Source: Camelus ferus (taxonomy: Eukaryota). From it: a DNA stretch of 64,000 nucleotides. Location of the stretch: positions 3,660,001 through 3,724,000 of the forward strand of contig NC_045696.1 in assembly GCF_009834535.1 (NCBI RefSeq), read 5' to 3'. How positions within the stretch are numbered: position 1 is the stretch's first letter; each line of letters starts with the position of its first letter. Of the stretch, positions 15,901 to 29,420 are shown piece after piece. The translations under genes were made by a program, and so were the position numbers. The notes below the pieces were generated by a model. The model had not been told where the DNA came from and made no database searches. It was given only the letters and a program-made list of their open reading frames with translations.

Positions 15901-18111
15901 TGAGTCCTCTGCCTCCAGGGCCCCCACCCTCTGGCCCACAGGCCCCTCTCCCTTGCAGGGCTGGGGTCTGACACTCCCCCCTGATGGCAGTGCCTGCGCA
16001 TGGGAGGCACTGAATGAACAAATGGAAACGTTGCTGAAGTTATATTATAAGTTATATACTCTCTGGAATCACAGCAGGACAGGAATACAGCCCTGGCCCT
16101 CACCCCTACTCTTCCCTTTGGAGTAACTAAAAAATGAGCAGAGCAGGGGGAGCCCCCCTGTGATGTCAGGGGCCGATTAGAAGGTGGCGTTGAGGACCAA
16201 GAGGAAGAAATGGTCCTGGGGCAGGTGGATCTGGGCTCACCTGGAAGCTGGTTCTCAAGGAAGGTCCGGGGCATTAAATAATTCAACATACTTTAAAAAG
16301 AAGCACTCTGAAAAACAAAACCAGAAGAAAATGCAGGAAGATAGCTGTCATATCACTGAGAGGGGGAGACTTTCTATGTGCAAAAGGAATGAAAGAAGTT
16401 TCAAACATAAGATTTGACCACACAAGCAACATAACACTTAGAACTTCTGCAAGTCAAAAGAATAAGGAAAAGGAAAGCTGAGAAATATGTTAAGATGTTA
16501 TTACAGTTAACAAAAACTGTTAAAGGCAAAAACCATTCCATGAAAAGAGCCCAAAGAACCCAGTGTGTCCAAGGAGAGGTGATTCATGAAAGAGAAGACA
16601 CAGGTGGTTAAAACGCAGAAAAAGCCTTTAACACAGGAGGTGCCATTGAATTAGGGGAGATGCTTAAGACTCAAAATGACCATGCTGCTGTCAGGATCTG
16701 CTCTGGCCACCGGATGTCCTCCTGGAGGGCAGTGTGACCGTATCTCTCCAGAATTTTACAGATGATTATTTGGACCTCACAGTGTCTGGCCAGAGGAATG
16801 TGATTAAGTTAGTGGCAGCTCAGTGATGCGCTTGGCTGTAGACACATTTGCAGAGAATTCTGAATAGAATTGTGAACATTTGTTGTAAGAAAGCAGCACC
16901 GCTGTGCGCGCGCTGCGTCCGTGCACACACTCCGGCTTCCACGGTCTGTGTGTTTCCGCGATGCGCACCCACATCATACAGATGAGGTAGGTGGGCGAAG
17001 AAGGGACAAAAGTATCACACGGTGGTCTTCTGGTGTTGAAGTTTTGATAATTCCTTATCTTCACGTTGTTCTCCATTTTATATACTTTTCCCCAAAGAAC
17101 ATGGATTGCTTTTGCAATTATAAAAGCACCCCCTGCCTCCTTTGGGTGATAAGTGTGTCTTGTTCTCCTGGAACCCAGCTGTGCCGGCCGCAGCCCGCGC
17201 GGCTCCCCCGCCGCATACTCCCAGCCCTTCCCACTCAGCCCGAGGAGCTGGGATTCCAGCAGCTTTGCTCTCCTCACTCCCATCCGTTTCCACCTAGAAG
17301 CAGAGCCCGGAGCAGGAGCCCGCAGGGCCAGCCAACAGCGCCCTTCTCTCAGGGCCCTGGGCAGGCGCCGCAGACTCACCCGGGGCCCGAGATGCGGCCG
17401 AGAGTGAGCGATTTCCGTTATACAGGGGTTTCTCTAGTTTCACGCCCTCATGGAGCGCGCATGTTGGTTTTTGCAGACAGGATGCGTGATGCGCGTTGTG
17501 GGGTGCGGAAGCCTTGCTGCTGCAGAGAAGTGGACACTTGGTCTGGTCGACCCTCTGCAGGGCGGCCTCTCTGGGCCCCTCTCCGCCCACCGCGGGGGGA
17601 AATGCAGCAGATGGAGGGCTCCTCTGCCGAGGCTCTGTCTGTTCTCAGCCCCTTTTGTCCCTGAAGCCATCAGCCTCTTTCCCCGGCCGTTCCTCGGATC
17701 GTTTGTCTGACCTTTCATTCTCTGTTGCTCAGACAAACACACTGCGGTGCCTGCGGGGATGAGCGCCGGTGCGTCCGGTCCTCCTGGGCCCTCGGTCTAG
17801 GGCGCGGGGCGGGGAGCCTCGCAGCCCTGCTGCGGTGCTGGGCATGGACCAGGGTAGGGGCCATCGGAGGCCGGCTCATGTGGTAAGAAGTGTAAACTAC
17901 TTTCACGTGTTCAGGAACTTTTAGAATTGATGCTATTTTATGACTTAAAGGTGTGGTTGTTCCCTCTGCTTCGAATAACTGTTATGTTAAAAAAAAATTA
18001 AAACACAAAGTACTGTCATGTGTGGTCTTATCGCTCAAGAGTAAAGCCAGCAAATGCCTCCGTGGTGGTTGTTCTGTGACATCAGCTTCTGGACTGTGTG
18101 ACTAGGACACG

Positions 18112-18400
18112 GATGGTGTCATTGATGATGGAGGTGGTGGTGATGGTGACAGTGGTGAGGTAGTGACAGTGGTGACGGTGATGTGAGGTGGTGACAGTGA
18201 TGGTGGTGGCAGTAACAGTGGTGACTGGTGGAGGTAGTGACAGTGATACACTGATGGTGACAGTGGCGACAGTGATGGGTGTATTGACAGTGGCAGAGAT
18301 GGTGGTGACAGTGACTGATGACAATGGTGGCAGTGGTGGAGATAGTGACAGGGGTGATGGGGGTGACAGTGGTGGAGGTGGTGGTGGCAGAGACAGTGGG
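18112..18400 (+). repeat. Degenerate (GGT/GAT/GAC)n low-complexity repeat
   Basis: Arrays of ggtggtgatggtgacagt. Confidence 0.85.
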
Positions 18401-19477
18401 AGAGGACACGTCAGTGACATCTGGCTGCTTTTACTCAGCTTTGCAGCAGCACAGTCACTCTTGGGTCCTCAGTGTCACGTCAGTATTTGAACTTTAAACA
18501 GACACAGCCCTTTTTGTTTGCCGTCCTTTCAGAGAAGGGCCAGCCCTGGGCTTTGAACCTAAGTCCAAAGATGCAGTTCCCAATCGATCGTCCTTCTTAA
18601 ATACTCCACACCCACAATGTATAGTCTATAATTTCCTGTTCTTAATTTTTTTTTTTTTGACCAAAAATGTAAAGATGCTTGCAAAGCCATTTGGATGAAG
18701 AACCCTACAGAGAGTCTGTCATGGTTTTCCCTGAGCTTGTCCAGTTTTTCCGCAGCCAGGTTCCTCCCTTAGCATCTCACCGTCTTCCTGTCCCCCGGGT
18801 ATTCGGTCCTCTCTGACTTGTGTTCCTTTGTCCACCTGTGATTTAACTCACTTGAGTAATCATGTCACAGGTGCCACTGGCAGGTTCGTGGATGAGGTGC
18901 AGGAGGACGGGGAGGGACCGGGGGCCACACGGGGAGTGGGTCACAGTGTGAGGGGCTGCGTGCTGAGGACCCTGTCAGCGGTCAGTGTGGGGGAAGGCGG
19001 GGGCAGCCGCTTCATCACGAAATTGACTAGTGAAAGTACTTGGACATGTGTCAGGTTAAAAAGTGAGGTGTTTAAGGTGTAAATGTCTTGTTTTCCATGA
19101 TTCCTTGGAGGACAGGTTTACTGTAATGGACCTTATCCCCTCTGCGCTTGGTTTGAAATAATAAGATTCAGTGGAAACGCACGTTAGTGTGGGACAAAAA
19201 AGGGAGGGACTGGACTTCTCCCCCGGCAGAGGACAGGGAGTGACACGTGGACAGGTACGAGGTGACACCCCCGGTGTGGAGCACTGCAGACACTTGGAGG
19301 GGGGGGACCTGGCAGGAGGGAAGGAGAGGCCCGGACAGGACTCTGGAATCTAGGTTTTCGGGTCCTGAGCAGAGCCAGTGGGGACACGGGTGCCGCTGAG
19401 AGTGACAGCCTATCAGCCACGGGTCTGAATCTGGCCTGCCTAGCATCCTGGGCTCACTGCCCTGTGCTCAATCGTAG

Positions 19478-19798
<321 letters not shown>

Positions 19799-19842
19799 TG
19801 AATACTGAATACTGATGTGCCTCATTTTGGAGAATAGATGGC

Positions 19843-19927
19843 TTATTAGTCAGAGATCCCAAAGATAACAGTCAATAAAGAGAGTGTGTGTGTGTGTGAG
19901 TGTGTGTGTGTGTGAGTGTGTGTGTGT

Positions 19928-19960
<33 letters not shown>

Positions 19961-20326
19961 TAGGGAGAGAGAGGAAATTAGAGAGGCTGATATTAAGGAA
20001 TTGGCTCCTGTGATTGTGGTTGGTGGGTCCAGAATCTGCCGGGAGGCTGGAGGCCAGAGACCCAGGGAAGAGTTGATGTTGTAGCTCAAGTCCAGTCAGG
20101 GAGCAGAATTCCCTCTTCCCCTGGGAACCTCAGTCTTTTTCTCTTAAGGCCGTCACTTGATTGGGCAAGGCCCACCCACATTACAGAGGGTACCCTCTGC
20201 TGTACTCAGCAGCCACCGATTTAAAGGTTAATCATGTCTGAAAAATATCTTCACAGCAGCTGGTGTTTGACCCCCCAGCCGGGCACCCAGGCCCAGCCAC
20301 GCTGACGCTTAACATTAACCATCACA
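19843..20326. mobile_element. ERVL LTR (MLT2-like) containing an expanded (TG)n
   Basis: taaggaattggctc...gattgggcaaggcccacccacatt...aacattaaccatcaca terminus. Confidence 0.7.
19884..19961 (+). repeat. (TG)n microsatellite with GA interruptions
   Basis: Direct reading. Confidence 0.95.
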
Positions 20327-20430
20327 GATGGTTTCTAGAAATGCTGAATAGTTAGATTGTTATAAGCAAAATAACTTTTTGTATGTTTGTTTTTGTTTTT
20401 TATACCATTTAACCACTTAAAAAAAAAAAT

Positions 20431-20510
20431 AGAGACACTGAGGATTGAACCCAGGACCTCATGCATGCTAATATTAAGCACATGCTCTATCTCTGAGCTC
20501 TGCCCTCCCC
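20431..20510 (-). mobile_element. tRNA-Ala-derived SINE, partial
   Basis: Reverse complement of the same SINE head (gattgaacccaggacctcatgcatgct...tgagct). Confidence 0.7.
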
Positions 20511-21410
20511 ACCAGCAAAGTAACTTTAATGGTGTTAAGTGAACTTGCTTTTTAAAGGAATTTTTAGTCAATATGTTCACTTAAAAGTTTTGTTTTGATG
20601 AGAACACGTCACACTCTCAGTTTTTTTAAAATCGTGTTTATAACTCTGTGCTTTGAGCCGGTGCCTGTAGCGCGGTGCTCGGCTGCAGGGTCCTCTGAGC
20701 AGCCGGGCCCCACCCCCCGCAGCGCCCCAGGCCACGCACACCCACTCCTGACGAGGGCAGCCCCTCCGTGGCCTGGCCCGGCTGGCTTCTTCGGGGTCTG
20801 CCTGCCCCTGGGTGGGACCAAGTCTCATGGGATGGAACCAGAGGACAAGAGAGGTGGTGGGCAACCAGGTGGAGACCCTTGCCGGCCACCACTACCCAGT
20901 GGCCCCTGTGATGCTGTGGGTCAGAAGACCAGCCATACTCAGCAGCTCCCAGAGAAGTGTGCGGGGCACCTGTCTGGGGTGGCCGTTACCCTGGGCCCTG
21001 TTTGCTGTCCCCGAAGATGACAACCATCCAGCTCTTTGTTCAAACTCATTCTGATGCAAGACTGTGTCTTTAGTGAGTTTGTTTCAGGCTTGGGGATGAG
21101 AGCCTTGATGTGAAAGCATTTTTAGCCTCAGGCTGAGCTCAACAGGGCTGAGAGAGTAGCTTAAAAAATGTGTTTTCAGAGGTGTTTCTAGTTCAGCACA
21201 AAACATGGCCTTTAAAGATGTGACTCGTGTCTAATTCCCTTCACTTAAAAACCCAACTGAAACCAACAGAAAGTTGCCCCGATCCTTAGATGTGCAGGTG
21301 AACAGACAAGCTGTGGTCACCTGGTGTCCAGGGTGGGTGCCGGGACACGCTGGACCCACGGGGCACAACCCCTTGCCCCCTCCACTTTGTCGAACCTTCT
21401 CTTCCTGCAG

Positions 21411-21629
21411 CCCGAACTGAGTCTAGAGCAGGAAGATCTGGCCGAAGGCAAGCATGTGAAAGCCGCCAGGAGGACTCACAAGAGGAAACAGAAACCAGAG
21501 GAGGCAGCGGCGGCGGCAGGGGCCACAGGGCCTGAGGATGCCACCTTCAGCGAGTACCCGGAGAAGGAGGCCACGTTCTCGGGCGGCGTGGGCGACGAGA
21601 CGGACTCCGCTGTGCAGAGCATCCAGCAG
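21411..21629 (+). CDS. PRDM15: PRDM15 coding exon ([10 protein letters not shown]...SAVQSIQQ), includes basic stretch RRTHKRKQK
   Basis: cttcctgcag acceptor, weak gtcgct donor; 73 codons. Confidence 0.92.
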
Positions 21630-21932
21630 GTCGCTGCTTCCGGTGCTGAGTCCGGGGCCCCGGGCGGGCGCGGGAGGCCTGCCTGCGCCGCACAGCGCGC
21701 TGACCTGCCCGCCGCGCCGCGGCCCCCAGCTGCGACCGGCACGCGCCCAGCTCCCCCGTAAGGGTTTCCCAGCTTAGGCCCCGAAGAGCAGCCTGACGTC
21801 TGTTCCAGTGTGTCGAGGACAGCCCGCCTGCCAGGCTGGGGATCGGGGTGTCTCTAGTTTGGGGAGGGAGGGCCTGACCCCGCCCACCAAGGCCTGGCTG
21901 GGAGGGTGGTGGGCGGCCAGTCTGCTGCTTTT

Positions 21933-22059
21933 TTTTTTTTAATTGAAGTGTAGTTGATTGACAAGGCTAGTTTCAGGTGCACAACAAAGTGATTCAGTTA
22001 CCCATACACAGTCATAGATAAGTTTTCTTTTCAGATTCTTTTCCATTATATGTTATTTT
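21933..22059 (-). mobile_element. Short L1 3'-end insertion in the last PRDM15 intron, 15-bp TSD cagtctgctgctttt
   Basis: Poly-T + aattgaagtgtagttgat; TSD at 21918-21932 and 22060-22074; TTTT/AG nick site. Confidence 0.85.
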
Positions 22060-22672
22060 CAGTCTGCTGCTTTTAGTGGAAGCTGCCGCTTTACTGAACC
22101 TCCCTGCGTCGGTCCCGAGGCCCCGGCTCCTCGCTGGCGTGTCTGACGCCGCCTCATGACTGGCACGGGCCTCCTAGATGCAGTCGTTCTGCGTTTCCGG
22201 GTCCCTTCGTCCCCCCCAGGAAGGAGCAGTGCTTCCTTTTTCATTTCTTACCTCTGGGCACCGCACGTTTGTTTCCTGCCCTTCTCAGCTTTACTGTTGG
22301 GATTTCCACCGACCAACAGCACTTCCCAGAAGTGGAAAGAAAGTGAAGACTCTGCTCTGGTTTTCTCATCACTTTTCTCTATTTTTTCTCTAGCCACTGA
22401 AATTCTTTGTTTCTCGGTTCCAGCTGATGACCACTCTGAGTGTATCTGACCGTTGTCTCTCTTGTTTACTGGAATTCTTTTTTCAGGAAAAATGAACTTG
22501 GTCTGATCTTTCACCCGAAGGTGCTCCCTGACCTCCTCCCTCCGGGCCAGGCGTGCAGTGAATCCAGCACCGTCAGACAGGCCCCTGTTGCAAAGTGCAG
22601 CGCGGGCAGCTTCTTGTGGTCTCCATTCTGCAGAGACTGTTAACTGTCCTGTGTCATGTGTGACTCTTGCAG

Positions 22673-23152
22673 GTGGTGGTGACACTGGGCGACCCCAACG
22701 TGACCACCCCGTCCAGCTCCGTCGGCCTGACCAACATCACCGTAACCCCCATCACCACTGCGGCCGGCACTCAGTTCACCAACCTGCAGCCAGTGGCAGT
22801 CGGGCACCTCACCACCCCGGAGCGCCAGCTGCAGCTGGACAACTCCATTCTGACCGTGACCTTTGACACAGTCAGCGGCTCTGCCATGTTGCACAACCGC
22901 CAGAACGACCTCCAGATCCACCCCCCACCCGAAGCCTCGAACCCGCAGTCTGTGGCGCACTTCATCAACCTGACCACCCTGGTCAACTCCATCACGCCCC
23001 TGGGGGGCCAGCTCGGGGAGCAGCACCCGCTCACCTGGCGTGCGGTGCCCCAGACTGACGTCCTGCCCGCCCCGCAGCCGCCAGCCCCGCAGCCGCCGCC
23101 GGCCCAGCCCCCAGTGCCCGCCGAGCAGCAGCCACAGATGTACAGCTACTGA
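22673..23152 (+). CDS. PRDM15: PRDM15 last coding exon ([10 protein letters not shown]...QMYSY*)
   Basis: tcttgcag acceptor; TGA at 23150-23152; C-terminus matches recalled PRDM15. Confidence 0.96.
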   Translation: MVVTLGDPNVTTPSSSVGLTNITVTPITTAAGTQFTNLQPVAVGHLTTPERQLQLDNSILTVTFDTVSGSAMLHNRQNDLQIHPPPEASNPQSVAHFINLTTLVNSITPLGGQLGEQHPLTWRAVPQTDVLPAPQPPAPQPPPAQPPVPAEQQPQMYSY

Positions 23153-25111
23153 GATGCCTGGCGGGGACCTCAGGACCAGAACTGCAGATGAGGGGGGTTG
23201 TTGGGGTATTTTTTTGAGATTTGTTTGCTGGATACCAAACAAAGGAACACCATGTTGCAATGTAAGGAAGGTTGACTTAGCTTTTGCAGAACGATCTCCA
23301 AATCCCCCAGCAGCCGTCAGTCTGTCAGCCTAACTCAAGAAGTGACCCCGGGTGGCCAGTGGTCCCCTGGAGCTGCTCGGGCTCTTCCCGGTGAAGCGAC
23401 GCCCTCGGGCTTCCCTGCCCCGACAGTGATGGACACAGGGCTTGGGAAAGCGAAAACAGAAAGAGAAGCAGCATCTCAAGAGGCGAGAGACAGGTTATTA
23501 GGAAGCTCAGTGGTTGGGTGCATTGCATTTTTTTCCTCTAGAGCTCAGTTACCGTGTTTAAACGGAGACGGGGTTCACACGTGGCAGCACAGTCTTCTCC
23601 TGGCTTCGGGACTTTTTTGCCAATGAGCAGATAGAAGTTCCAGTTATACTGATTCTCTTCGCAATTTGAGTTGAGTCCAGTTTGTTCCACAACTTCAGGC
23701 CGAAACCGTGTGAGGAGATGGGTCACAGGAGGTCACTGGCCAAGGCTTTTTAGTAACAGAATTCGGGAATTGATTTTCAGTCTGTCTATTTTTTAACTTT
23801 ATCTCAAGCATATATTGCCTATTTGAGACTCTGCTGTGCCCTACTGGTTTATACTTTGCTGTGCAGGAGTCGTTTGCACTGTAGGACCGTGGTCCACATC
23901 CAGTTCTACACAGCTGCCCCAGCGAGGAGGACACAGCTCCGAGCATCGCCTGAGCCTCGCGCTGTCCCTGCTGGAGGCTCCTTGGGGCCGTCTCAGGATC
24001 TCTGCCATCCAAATATATTTATTATGGCTGAGGCTCAGCCAGAATCCCCTAAGCTGAAGAACAGGGAGGAAATTCCTCTTTTCTTTCTGTTTCAACTTTA
24101 ATTCCAAAGGTTGATGTGTTTCAAGACCAATTTTCTATAAAAATGTTGAGCGAGCTTGGTTTTTCTGAAATACAAAGGTGGTGCTGTCTCCTGCCAAGCA
24201 GTAGGAAAGTGGGAGAGGTTATTAGCTGACCAGCAGATGCCTCAGCCCCCCTAGAGTGAATGACTGTGCTGAGTGGTGGCAGCTCCGCTCCCCCGGGGAC
24301 ACGGGCTTTCGCACATGTGTGGCCATCTCAGAGGCAGTGGCTGAGGCTCGGGGCCATCGAGGTGGCGGTCAGTAGCCAGCCCTCCTACTGCCCAGCCGGG
24401 GAGACAGGAAGGACGCTTGATTTTCATTCTCCTGACGCTCTAACGCTGCCCAGAGTGCAGTGTTACATTTGCCTTGTTTTGTCCTGACCACTTTGTCCCA
24501 GAGCCTGTGCTTGGGGGACCATCCTGAGGAGATGCTGACAGTGAGTCAGGAGTGGATAAGCAAGGCAGAGTAACCTTGTGCTGCCGGTGAGGCTACGGAC
24601 AGACGTCCCCCGCACTTCGCTTTGTTCCAGAGAGCAAGGTTGTGAGGCGAGGGCCAGGCCTGGACTTGCTGCAGTGCCCTCGTGAACTAAGTCCATCCCC
24701 CGCGCAGCACGAGAAAGGGGGCTTCGGAATTCACCCTCCACACGCACAGCTCATCCGTCACTCCCGACTCTCACCTCTCCGTTGAATTAATCGTGGGGGA
24801 TTGTTTGACTTTTAATTTATGATAATTATTTTTATGTTATTTATGTATATAATTAACTGCTTTATCCATAATGGTTTCATCAAATGAACTTGGGCTAGGG
24901 ATGATAAAATACTGTCTCCCTTCTCCAGAGGTAAGTGGTCCAGGTGTCTGTGGAAGCGTCAGGAGCGCCAAGGTTCCTAAGGTATTTTTTTTTTAAATCA
25001 CTGACGGTTTCTTTTAGCATCTGCAGAACATAAAGGGAGAATGACCAACTAAAACAACCGAACGTGGTTAGACACCTGCTAGCATTTATCTTTTATTCCT
25101 CCTCCCTATGA

Positions 25112-25117
25112 AATAAA
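25112..25117 (+). terminator. Candidate proximal PRDM15 polyadenylation signal AATAAA
   Basis: AATAAA with U-rich downstream tract (gttttattttttt...gttgttttcg). Confidence 0.45.
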
Positions 25118-25618
25118 GGCCTTTTAAATCACAGTTTTATTTTTTTAAAAGAAGTTGTTTTCGTGCCTAGAGTAGGAATGCAGCAAACATGTTTAAAGAA
25201 CCTAATTTCGGTTGTGTGGGCCCAGGGACCTCCCACTGTTTATTTAAATACACAGATGTGTAATAATACTTCTTGTTATAGTAAGTGAGAACTCTTAAGT
25301 AAAGATCAAATTTACTCCTGAGTTTTCTGTAGAAATATTTGGTCCTAATAGGGTCACTGTGTGAGGCAGAGTAGGTTCCTGTTGTCCTAAAACTGGCTGT
25401 GAATTTGCATATTAGAAACTGGGGCGGGGAACAAAAGTACTTCTGGGCCAAAAGAGCTATCACTGTAGAGTGTTTCGCACACTTACCACTGTTTACTCAT
25501 GGAAAGTATTTAATTTTTTTTAACTGAGCCCAGGGGCACAGCTGTAGCCATGGGTGGACATTGGATCGAGCCATTGTGGCCCGTGAGCTCTGTGACTCCC
25601 CCCGGGTTACTCTAAATT

Positions 25619-25624
25619 AATAAA
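25619..25624 (+). terminator. Probable distal PRDM15 polyadenylation signal AATAAA
   Basis: AATAAA followed by GU-rich sequence (ctgttggcctgtgaatttgtaaagttgggttg). Confidence 0.6.
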
Positions 25625-28600
25625 CAGAAGAACTCGCTGTTGGCCTGTGAATTTGTAAAGTTGGGTTGCTCTGTGCCACACAGAGGTCCACGGGCACCAG
25701 GGCTTGGGAGGGAAGGGCCCAGAGGGTGTGTGTCTTAGAGCTGGACCCCAGGGTACCGCCACCTAACGTGGATTGCGTGTCCCTGGGCCAGGAGGGCACG
25801 GAGCCCTCGAGTAGGATGTGTCCTCGGGGCCCGGGAGGCAGACGCACAGACCTTACACGTTCTTCCCGGTCTCGGCGCCCAAAGCTCATGGCTTCCAGCT
25901 CAGGGCGGTGGTGGTGACTTTCCTGGTTGGATTCTGAAAGGCGTCAAGGCTGAGAAGTCATGTTGTCTTGTGTCCTGTCAGTTTGATTGATGGCCAGTCT
26001 GAGGTGCCAGGACCTGTGTTTCCTACCTGCTGGCCCTCTGCTCAGGCTGCCCATTCCGGGTAGTGGACACGTTGGTCTATTTTGAGAACGGGCGTTAATT
26101 CCTGCTACAGTTCAGACCCAGTGAAATGTCTGGATTATTTTAAATGACCCAAACACTTAAAATAATTGGGATATTGAGATATCAGAAGCTTTCACAAGGT
26201 TTTTTTTTTTTTTTTTTAATCAGGTGGATGTAGTGTTTTTTGCAAAGTTTAGCTTGAGAGACTGGACACAAAAAAAGATGAGTAGTGGGAAAGAGGGGCG
26301 AACTTCTAAGCAAGGTGGTTCTTTAGGCAGGTGGCCTGGAACCATCTCGTACTTTACTGATCAAATATTAAATGATGGAGTAGTCACTTTAAAGTTACGC
26401 GACGCCTGAAGTGTCCTCCCATCTTCTGAGGGCTTGAGCTCTGGGAACGTCGTCGTCGGTGCTCCAGTTGTATTTTAGAGGACAGCTGGGAGCTGGGAGG
26501 GGGATTCACTCCCTGAACATCCAGCAAAGTGTGAGCACCTTCTTGTACATCCTTTCACACGCGCTCAAAGCAAATCCGAGTGGGTGGCGGAGACGCCCGG
26601 TCCCTGACTCCTTCCTCTCACAGCTTTCACGTCTGGCCTGAGTGCCTCGGCGTCACAGGTTCCTAGTTCTGGGGAGACAGGCAAGAACGATCTGACCTAC
26701 CCAGAAGCCACCCCGAGTTGCCCGCACACAGAGCTGGCTGGGACCCTCCCTCCCACCTAAGCCCTGGCGCCCATGGACCTGAGGCTTCCCCTCCCTGAGC
26801 TGGGGACTGCGACTCCCTGGGGGCCCCGCGGTCACACCTGAGGGAGGGCCCTCCGCACCCAGACTGCTCGGAGCCAAGCCGCCTGCTTTTTCCCGTTGAC
26901 GGGTCTGCCTGCCCACATTTGCTCTGTAAAGAGGGAGACAGACCCACTCTTTATGGGAAGTGTCCCTTCAGTGGGACACAGACCCACCCTGTGCCTCTGC
27001 GGGGAGCCGGCCCAGGGCACTTCCCCGGAAGAGGGAGGGTGGGGGACCCGGGCCTGGGTGCCCGCTGGTTACTGCCTGTCCCACGTGGGACTTGCCGCTC
27101 CTCCGGGGCGCGGCTGCGTCCCCCCTGGTTTGAGCATCTCCAGCTTGGCCTCATGCCAGAGCTGCTCTCTTCTCTTTTGAGTTTTCGCCACAAAACAGGG
27201 CAGCAAGTTCATGAAGGAAAGAGAGGGATCTATCACCATGCTGCAGGAACTGCTCTGGAAATAAGAAGGCTGCACCCTCTGTTTTTCTGAACCGATCTGG
27301 GGCTCAGGGAGGGGTGGGGGCTGGCCACAATCAGGATTGGCCACTGTGTCGCTGTGTCGTTGGTGCATGGCCATCCTTCCCAGTTCATCCCCACCCGAAC
27401 GTCTCCCAGGACCATCAGGCTCACACGTCTGGCCCTGGCCCCAAACCTGGTTCTCCCCCCTGTCCCCATCACAACCGACAGCCCTGCTGTCCATCTATTC
27501 ACAGCAGTGGGAAACCCAGACCATCCCACGGTTACACCCCAGTGCCTCTGGACCTGTCCAGGTGCCACCCTCTCCAAGTTCCCAGCTGACAACCCCTAAG
27601 GGGCCACCCAGACCCCTACTGGCCCTGGGAGTCTGTTCATAGCAGGGCCTCCATGGCCCTTGTAAAGGTGTCATTCTATGTGTTACCCACGCACTGAGGG
27701 TAACATCCTCCAGCAGATTCTAAGTGCTCTCTTGACATGACCTCATCCTTCCTGAGGCTTTGGGGCTGCAGGGGCTGGCCCTGCCTCCCCCAACCCCAGC
27801 CCTCCCCCAGATCTCTGCACACCCAGTGCCCTGACCACTATTGCTATCCCTTCAGATCTCGGCTCAAACGTCACTGCCTCAGGGAAGCCCCCCACATCCT
27901 CCAGAGCCCTCACTTCCTGCTCTGCTAGCAAGCACAGCACTCACCAGTTGGCAGTTACACTGACTATTGACTCATGGTAGGAATTCGCTCACATCTGCGC
28001 CTCCCTGCTGCACCGTAAGCTCAGGAGGGAGGGGACCCTGCTTTCTCTCACCCCTCCAGCATTATCCCTGGGTCCCCAGGCACAGCGAGCCTGACGCAGA
28101 GATTAAGAGGCAGTGTTTTTCCTAAGTGTTGAGAGAAAACATACTTCCTTGGCCACCAAAACTTTAGCACCAAAAAAAATCCTGAATTTATTATATCCAG
28201 TTGGAATTATCCCTTGACATTGCTAAGTCTTCATGAGACTCCTGGAAATCCTAATCTCGGATGATTTAATCTTATTACTAAGATCATTAATTCTTTGACT
28301 TTGTTATGATTTTGCCCCTTGTTAGCAAGTAGTAGAATATGATTAGCCAAGACTTCTGATTTTTCACGCGACCTAAACGATTAATGGCAGCTGACCGTCC
28401 AGTAGCAAACGGTTCTTTCCCTATGACAAGTGCCCTTGGTTATGTTAAATGGCCACGTGATAGAAATGGTAGAAGAAAAGACACTCGCTTGACACAATCG
28501 TATAAGCCTCGTGCCTGAAACCGCAGCGCATTTTCGCAGACCTGGAGGCACACGTCAGCGTTCGAGCACAGAAGCTGGGGAAGCATTACCGCGCCTGATC

Positions 28601-29280
28601 TGCTTTCAAAAATCATTCTCCATGGACTGCTCCCCGGGCACGCAAGCCCCCTACGTAACTTCCTCGTACCCTCGCTGGGACGGTCTGTTGGAGACTTGAT
28701 GAATGGAATAAAAGAAGCATGGAAACGTCTAATAAACGCCATCGTGAAAATAACACGCGTGCCTCATGTCCCTGGTATCCCAGTCCCCGAGCAAAGATCT
28801 TTCCACGCAGATGGTTGTCGTTACGGCAGGTTGCACACCGACTTTTCTAGTTCTTTAGAAACTGAGAGCTGAAAGCTGTGTCCCAGATTTCCAGTTTGCA
28901 TGTACGTCTCGGAAGCATCAGCAAAAATATACAACTGAAAGTCGTTGCATTTAAAGACCCCACATGTCAGTTAAGGGTGAGAAGATGTCCTGACTTGCTC
29001 AGAAGGGGCTCCACCAACACCGGCTCAGCCAGTCCCCCAGCGGCCCCCCAAGATGGCTGTCATCTCCTTGTGACAGGAGGTGGGGTTCTCAGCAGAAGAG
29101 CAGACCTCTTTGCCCATGAAGTATCATTAGAAAACTTCGTCCTCGTGAATCCGCAGCGTCACGCATGTGGAGCTGGGCTGCTTCTGTTGTGTTTACGACA
29201 GTCAGCACTTTGGAGGAAACCGAATTCTGAGAAGCTGCTTGCCCCCTACTCGGGCCAAACAATTCCTTCTTTTTCTTTTT

Positions 29281-29420
29281 AATTCAATATCGTGTAATAA
29301 ATAACCTTTAATGAAAAAGTATGTGAAAATGAATATATATATACGACTGGGACATGATGTGGCACATCAGAAATGGACACAGTGTAACTGACTATAATTC
29401 AATTAAAAACAACAACAAAA
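29281..29420 (+). mobile_element. L1 3'-end fragment
   Basis: aatgaaaaagtatgtgaaaatgaatatat...gactataattcaattaaaaa, typical L1 terminus. Confidence 0.65.

Noticed and set aside
18082..18490. His-, Thr- and Val-rich ORFs
   Set aside because: Low-complexity (GGT/GAT/GAC)n repeat.
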